Below are positions 60,070 through 64,000 of a stretch of DNA of 64,000 bases, piece after piece. Within the stretch, counting starts at the first letter, position 1. Every line of letters starts with the position of its first letter. Position numbers and translations under genes: made by a program. The notes below the pieces were generated by a model. It was not told where the DNA came from and did no database searches. It saw only the letters and a list, made by a program, of their open reading frames with translations. The DNA is from Nitrosopumilus sp. (GTDB lineage Archaea; Thermoproteota; Nitrososphaeria; Nitrososphaerales; Nitrosopumilaceae): assembly GCA_965207075.1 (NCBI GenBank), contig CBDBLO010000002.1, forward strand, positions 288,001 through 352,000. The letters run 5' to 3'.

Positions 60070-62196
60070 TCAGTTTGACTTTTTCCAGACAAACTGGTTG
60101 TAGATCATCTCCGGCCTCAGCTGCCTGAACTCGTGCCCGCCGCCGTCGTACCACTTTGTAAAGAACTCGTACAGGTGCAGCCTCAGGGACTGTATGTAGA
60201 CGATGAGCCCCTCTATCATCATGATCCCGATGTTGCCGCCTATTATCATGACCCACGCGCCTATCGCGTCGGGGCCGCCAAGCGAGTAGAACGAGTTGTT
60301 GACCGTAAGCAGCAGGGCCGCGTGCACCAGCAGCATGATCCCTATCCGGGCGTAGCTGATGGTGTGCGCCAGACTCTCGATGGTCTTGCCCAGGAATACC
60401 TCCATTATCACGTTGGCCGCCGAGCCGCCCTCCTCCGGGTGCCTCTTTGCGTGCATCAGCCCGCCTATCATCATCATTGCCATCGACGCAATTACCGTTA
60501 CCACGGCGATCCTCGTCACTATCCAGACCTGCGCCCACTCGCCCAGAAACACGGTAACCCACGGGACCGTCTCCGTGTGCGTCCTGGAGTACATGTTCAT
60601 CACGTCGTACTGGGAGCCTATCGCGCACATCATTATCACGACGATCCCGCCGTACAGCGTGATGTTCGGGAGCGCCTCCATGTACAGGGCGATCTTCTTG
60701 CCCTCCCTGGCTAGGCGCTTTATGCGCAGGATCATCGCCCACAGCAGGTGCACTATCCCTATGAACAGCGACACCTTTAGTATGTCGATCACCTGCTCAA
60801 ACGTCAGCTCCGCGACCGATATCACTCCCACGATCCAGCTGATCGGGTACAGGGCGCCGCCCTCGGCCAGCAGTCCTGTAAACGGGCCCATGGCGGCTAT
60901 GTGGTGCCCGAACACCTCCCCCGTGCCCACGCCGGCGATCGCCGACGCGGCCCCGGATATTGCAAGCAGCATGCCCCACCTTGAGAGGTTGCCCTGGCCC
61001 TTTGCCTTGAAGAGCAGCCCCATCCCCATGAGGAGCAGCCCGTGCCCCAGGTCGGCGAACATTATGCCGTAGAAGATGGGCCACATCAGCGCAATCATCG
61101 GCGTGGGATCCGCCTCGCCCTTTTTTGGAATCCCCTGGCTGTTGGTTATGGTCTCAAACGTCCGTATGAACCGCTTGTTGTCGTACAGGGTGGGGGCCTG
61201 CTCTATCAGCTTGGGGTCGGTGAGCTCCTCGACTATGGCAGTCCACCTGCCCGCTATCTTTTGGAACTTGGCCTCCATCTTTGCGGGTATGTACCCCTGG
61301 ATCAGCGCAAAGTGCTTTGTGCCGGACGGCTTTCTGAGCGTCTCCAGCATCTCCTTTGCCACCCTCGCCTCCTCGTGCAGGGCAAGCATGTCGCGCCTCG
61401 TCCTCTTTGCCATCTGCGCGACCTCCTTTGCGTTTGCCTTCTGCTTGGCGGCCAGCTCCTTGATCTTTGACTCTGCCAGGGCGTGGGCCTTTGAGGGCAC
61501 CTGCGGCATCCCCTCCGGGATGGCAAACGGGTTTGCGTTAAAGCTCCTGAATATCTTTAGTATCTTCTCAGAGTCGGCTGCCCCCCCTATTACCAGCGCG
61601 GCGGACCTTCCGCCCTTCTTTTTTGACGACGACAGGTCATACCTGTACGACGTAACAGACGGCGCCGCGCCCTCAAGCGACCTTGCAATCTCGTCATAGT
61701 CCGACGCGTCAATCACGAACAGGTTTGCGTAAAAGTACCGCATGAGCCCGAATCCGGACAGGTCGATCTCAAGCCTCTTTGCGATCCCTATGGTGTCCCT
61801 CAGCGAGGTGTACTCGTCTAGCGCGCGCTTTGTGTCCGCGCGCTCCTCCAGCAGCCGCGCCGCGCCGGATATCACGCCGGGCGCCTCCTTGGCGAGGTGG
61901 CCCACCATCTCGGCTACCTCGTCAAGCTCGTAGTCCTTCTTCTTGATCATGGTGCCCTTGAACAGTATCTCCAGCATGCCGACTGTGGGCGGTATCCCGA
62001 GCCCCTTTACCACGTCGTCCACCGACTGGTAGGTCTTTTGGGCCTCCAGCAGCAGGTCGTCTATCTCCGGCGTGACTATGTCGTGCTCGCCGTCGATCTT
62101 GTGGAACCACTCAAACTCCGCCAGCCTCGATATGGCGGCCGGGGACTCGCTTCTTGGCAAGATTACGCTCCCCAGCTTTAGCTCCGCCAGACCCAA
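60070..62196 (-). CDS. atpI: A-type ATP synthase subunit I
   Basis: DPTP, FYGIMFADLGHG, HTISYARI and QSLRLHLYEFFTKWY. Confidence 0.97.
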   Translation of the reverse strand: MGLAELKLGSVILPRSESPAAISRLAEFEWFHKIDGEHDIVTPEIDDLLLEAQKTYQSVDDVVKGLGIPPTVGMLEILFKGTMIKKKDYELDEVAEMVGHLAKEAPGVISGAARLLEERADTKRALDEYTSLRDTIGIAKRLEIDLSGFGLMRYFYANLFVIDASDYDEIARSLEGAAPSVTSYRYDLSSSKKKGGRSAALVIGGAADSEKILKIFRSFNANPFAIPEGMPQVPSKAHALAESKIKELAAKQKANAKEVAQMAKRTRRDMLALHEEARVAKEMLETLRKPSGTKHFALIQGYIPAKMEAKFQKIAGRWTAIVEELTDPKLIEQAPTLYDNKRFIRTFETITNSQGIPKKGEADPTPMIALMWPIFYGIMFADLGHGLLLMGMGLLFKAKGQGNLSRWGMLLAISGAASAIAGVGTGEVFGHHIAAMGPFTGLLAEGGALYPISWIVGVISVAELTFEQVIDILKVSLFIGIVHLLWAMILRIKRLAREGKKIALYMEALPNITLYGGIVVIMMCAIGSQYDVMNMYSRTHTETVPWVTVFLGEWAQVWIVTRIAVVTVIASMAMMMIGGLMHAKRHPEEGGSAANVIMEVFLGKTIESLAHTISYARIGIMLLVHAALLLTVNNSFYSLGGPDAIGAWVMIIGGNIGIMMIEGLIVYIQSLRLHLYEFFTKWYDGGGHEFRQLRPEMIYNQFVWKKSN

Positions 62197-62346
62197 GATG
62201 CTTGGCCCGTAGACTGCTGTGTTTTAATACCTTTGCAAGGGGGGACGCCCCGGCGGGACTAATTCTGCCTGTGTAACGGCGCCGCCGCCCGCCGGGGGCC
62301 GGAAAACTTCAAAACATTAAAATCCATTATTCCAAGATGGACGGCC

Positions 62347-62961
62347 ATGACGGCATCAGGGCCCGTGGCGCAGCTGGAACAGACCATTGACAAGATCATA
62401 CGCCAGACCGAGGAGGAGATACTCTCCGGAATGGAGTCGGCCGCGGGACAGTCGAGCCAGGCGCTTGACGATGCCATACCCGCGCTGGAGCAGGAGTACG
62501 AGAAGATAATCGCCGACGGCAGGAAGGAGGCCGACAAGATCAGCCGCCAGATCGTGGGCTCGGCCGATCTGGAGGTGCGCAACCGGCAGCTGCTGGCGCT
62601 CGAGGACGCGGTCGACGGCGTCTTTGTGCGCGCCCTCGAGGAGGTGGCCGCGGCCGACCGCAACGGGTCGGACTATGCGGCGCTCCTGCGCTCGCTCTTG
62701 GCCGAGGCCGTGTCGGTTCTGGGTTTGTCTGACGTCGTAGTGCATGCGAGCGCGCAGGACCGGGACGCGGTACAGGGCATACTGTCCTCTGACTATGCGG
62801 GCGCCGAACTGGCGCCAGAGCCGCTTGGCTGCATGGGCGGGGTCCGGATCCAGTCAAAGGACGGGGCCATGACGTTTGACAACACGCTTGACGCGAGGAT
62901 AGAGCGCCTCAAGCCTTTAATTAGGAAGGGAATCGCATCCAAATTCGGAGCAGGCAACTGA
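62347..62961 (+). CDS. atpE: A-type ATP synthase subunit E
   Basis: N-terminal coiled coil and [22 protein letters not shown]. Confidence 0.93.
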   Translation: MTASGPVAQLEQTIDKIIRQTEEEILSGMESAAGQSSQALDDAIPALEQEYEKIIADGRKEADKISRQIVGSADLEVRNRQLLALEDAVDGVFVRALEEVAAADRNGSDYAALLRSLLAEAVSVLGLSDVVVHASAQDRDAVQGILSSDYAGAELAPEPLGCMGGVRIQSKDGAMTFDNTLDARIERLKPLIRKGIASKFGAGN

Positions 62962-62962
62962 G

Positions 62963-64000
62963 ATGGCGGCGCGGGGCAGGATTGTATGGGTAAGCGGCCC
63001 TGCCGTAAAGGCCGACGGCATGTCGGATGCAAAGATGTACGAGACCGTGGTGGTAGGAGAGGCGAAGCTGGTCGGCGAGGTCATCAGGCTTACCGGGGAC
63101 GTTGCATTCATTCAGGTTTACGAGTCGACAAGTGGGTTGAAGCCGGGCGAGCCGGTGGTAGGGACGGGCAACCCGCTCAGCGTCCTGCTGGGGCCCGGCA
63201 TCATAGGGCAGCTGTACGACGGAATCCAGAGGCCTCTGAGGGAGCTCTCCAAAGCATCGGGGTCGTTCATCGGCAGGGGCATCACCACCACCCCGGTAGA
63301 CATGGCCAAAAAGTACCACTTTGTCCCGAGCGTGTCAGTCGGGGACGAGGTCGCGGCGGGCAACGTGATAGGAACCGTCCAGGAGACCGATCTCATTGAT
63401 CATTCCATAATGGTGCCGCCGGATCATCCGGGCGGCAGGATTGCAAGCGTGGTGCCGGAGGGCGACTACGATCTGGAGGTAGATCTTGCCACAGTCGAGT
63501 CCGCCGCCAGCAGCGGCGGTGACGACGGCAGCAGCAGCGGCGCACCGGCCGAGCCGCTCAGGATGTACCACAGGTGGCCCGTGCGAAAGCCCAGGCCGTA
63601 CAAGGACAGGTACGACCCGACCGTTCCGCTCCTGACGGGGCAGCGCGTGATAGATACGTTCTTTCCGATCGCAAAGGGCGGCACCGGCTCGATTCCGGGC
63701 GCATTCGGGACGGGCAAGACCGTCACGCTCCACCAGATAGCAAAGTGGGCCGACTCGCAGGTCGTCGTGTACATCGGATGCGGCGAGCGCGGAAACGAGA
63801 TGACAGAGGTGCTAGTCGAGTTCCCCCACCTGACGGATCCCAGAAGCGGCAAGCCGCTCATGGACCGCACGGTCTTGGTGGCAAACACGAGCAACATGCC
63901 GGTGGCCGCGAGGGAGGCGAGCATCTACACGGGGGTTACGATTGCCGAGTATTACAGGGACATGGGCAAGGACGTCGTTCTGGTCGCGGACTCCACGAGC
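62963..64000 (+). CDS. atpA: A-type ATP synthase subunit A (5' part, runs off the window)
   Basis: Hand translation from ATG 62963: [15 protein letters not shown]...YDGIQRPL...WPVRKPRP...[10 protein letters not shown]...GCGERGNEM...[13 protein letters not shown]. Confidence 0.97.
   Translation, partial: MAARGRIVWVSGPAVKADGMSDAKMYETVVVGEAKLVGEVIRLTGDVAFIQVYESTSGLKPGEPVVGTGNPLSVLLGPGIIGQLYDGIQRPLRELSKASGSFIGRGITTTPVDMAKKYHFVPSVSVGDEVAAGNVIGTVQETDLIDHSIMVPPDHPGGRIASVVPEGDYDLEVDLATVESAASSGGDDGSSSGAPAEPLRMYHRWPVRKPRPYKDRYDPTVPLLTGQRVIDTFFPIAKGGTGSIPGAFGTGKTVTLHQIAKWADSQVVVYIGCGERGNEMTEVLVEFPHLTDPRSGKPLMDRTVLVANTSNMPVAAREASIYTGVTIAEYYRDMGKDVVLVADSTS

Noticed and set aside
63700-63740. Possible intein at the AtpA P-loop
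   Set aside because: [13 protein letters not shown] is continuous, with no insertion.
52117-64000. Split, divergent ATP synthase gene arrangement (atpC ... atpI divergent from atpE-atpA)
   Set aside because: As I recall, this is the usual arrangement in this lineage, so it is not novel.

Overview
This window is GC-rich archaeal chromosome, most likely from an ammonia-oxidising Nitrososphaerota (Thaumarchaeota, Nitrosopumilaceae-like) genome. The assignment is inferred from gatDE, cdc48, pelota, the A-type ATP synthase layout, an archaeal SRP RNA, amt and urease. The high GC would fit a host-associated (e.g. sponge) lineage, but the sequence cannot prove that. In order, it holds: grpE-dnaK-dnaJ; an orphan ParB-like gene and an Lrp regulator; a Dur3 urea transporter fused to a USP domain; nurA-herA-mre11-rad50; a full urease cluster (ureDGFE divergent from ureABC-dur3); and an extended accessory block. 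That block has a His-rich Ni transporter, a divergent second urease-gamma-like gene, a ureohydrolase, a TPR protein, a third SSS transporter, and a divergent group II chaperonin with a His-rich tail and both catalytic Asp positions apparently substituted. After it come gatED, cdc48, a lower-GC secreted vanadium-haloperoxidase-like gene, core genes, SRP RNA, atpC, amt, a rhodanese, a second stand-alone lower-GC nurA-herA-like pair, and atpI / atpE-atpA (atpA truncated). The best candidate for an undescribed system is the ureohydrolase / gamma-like / Ni-transporter / SSS / His-tailed chaperonin extension of the urease locus. All family assignments come from motif recognition by eye; no database searches were run.
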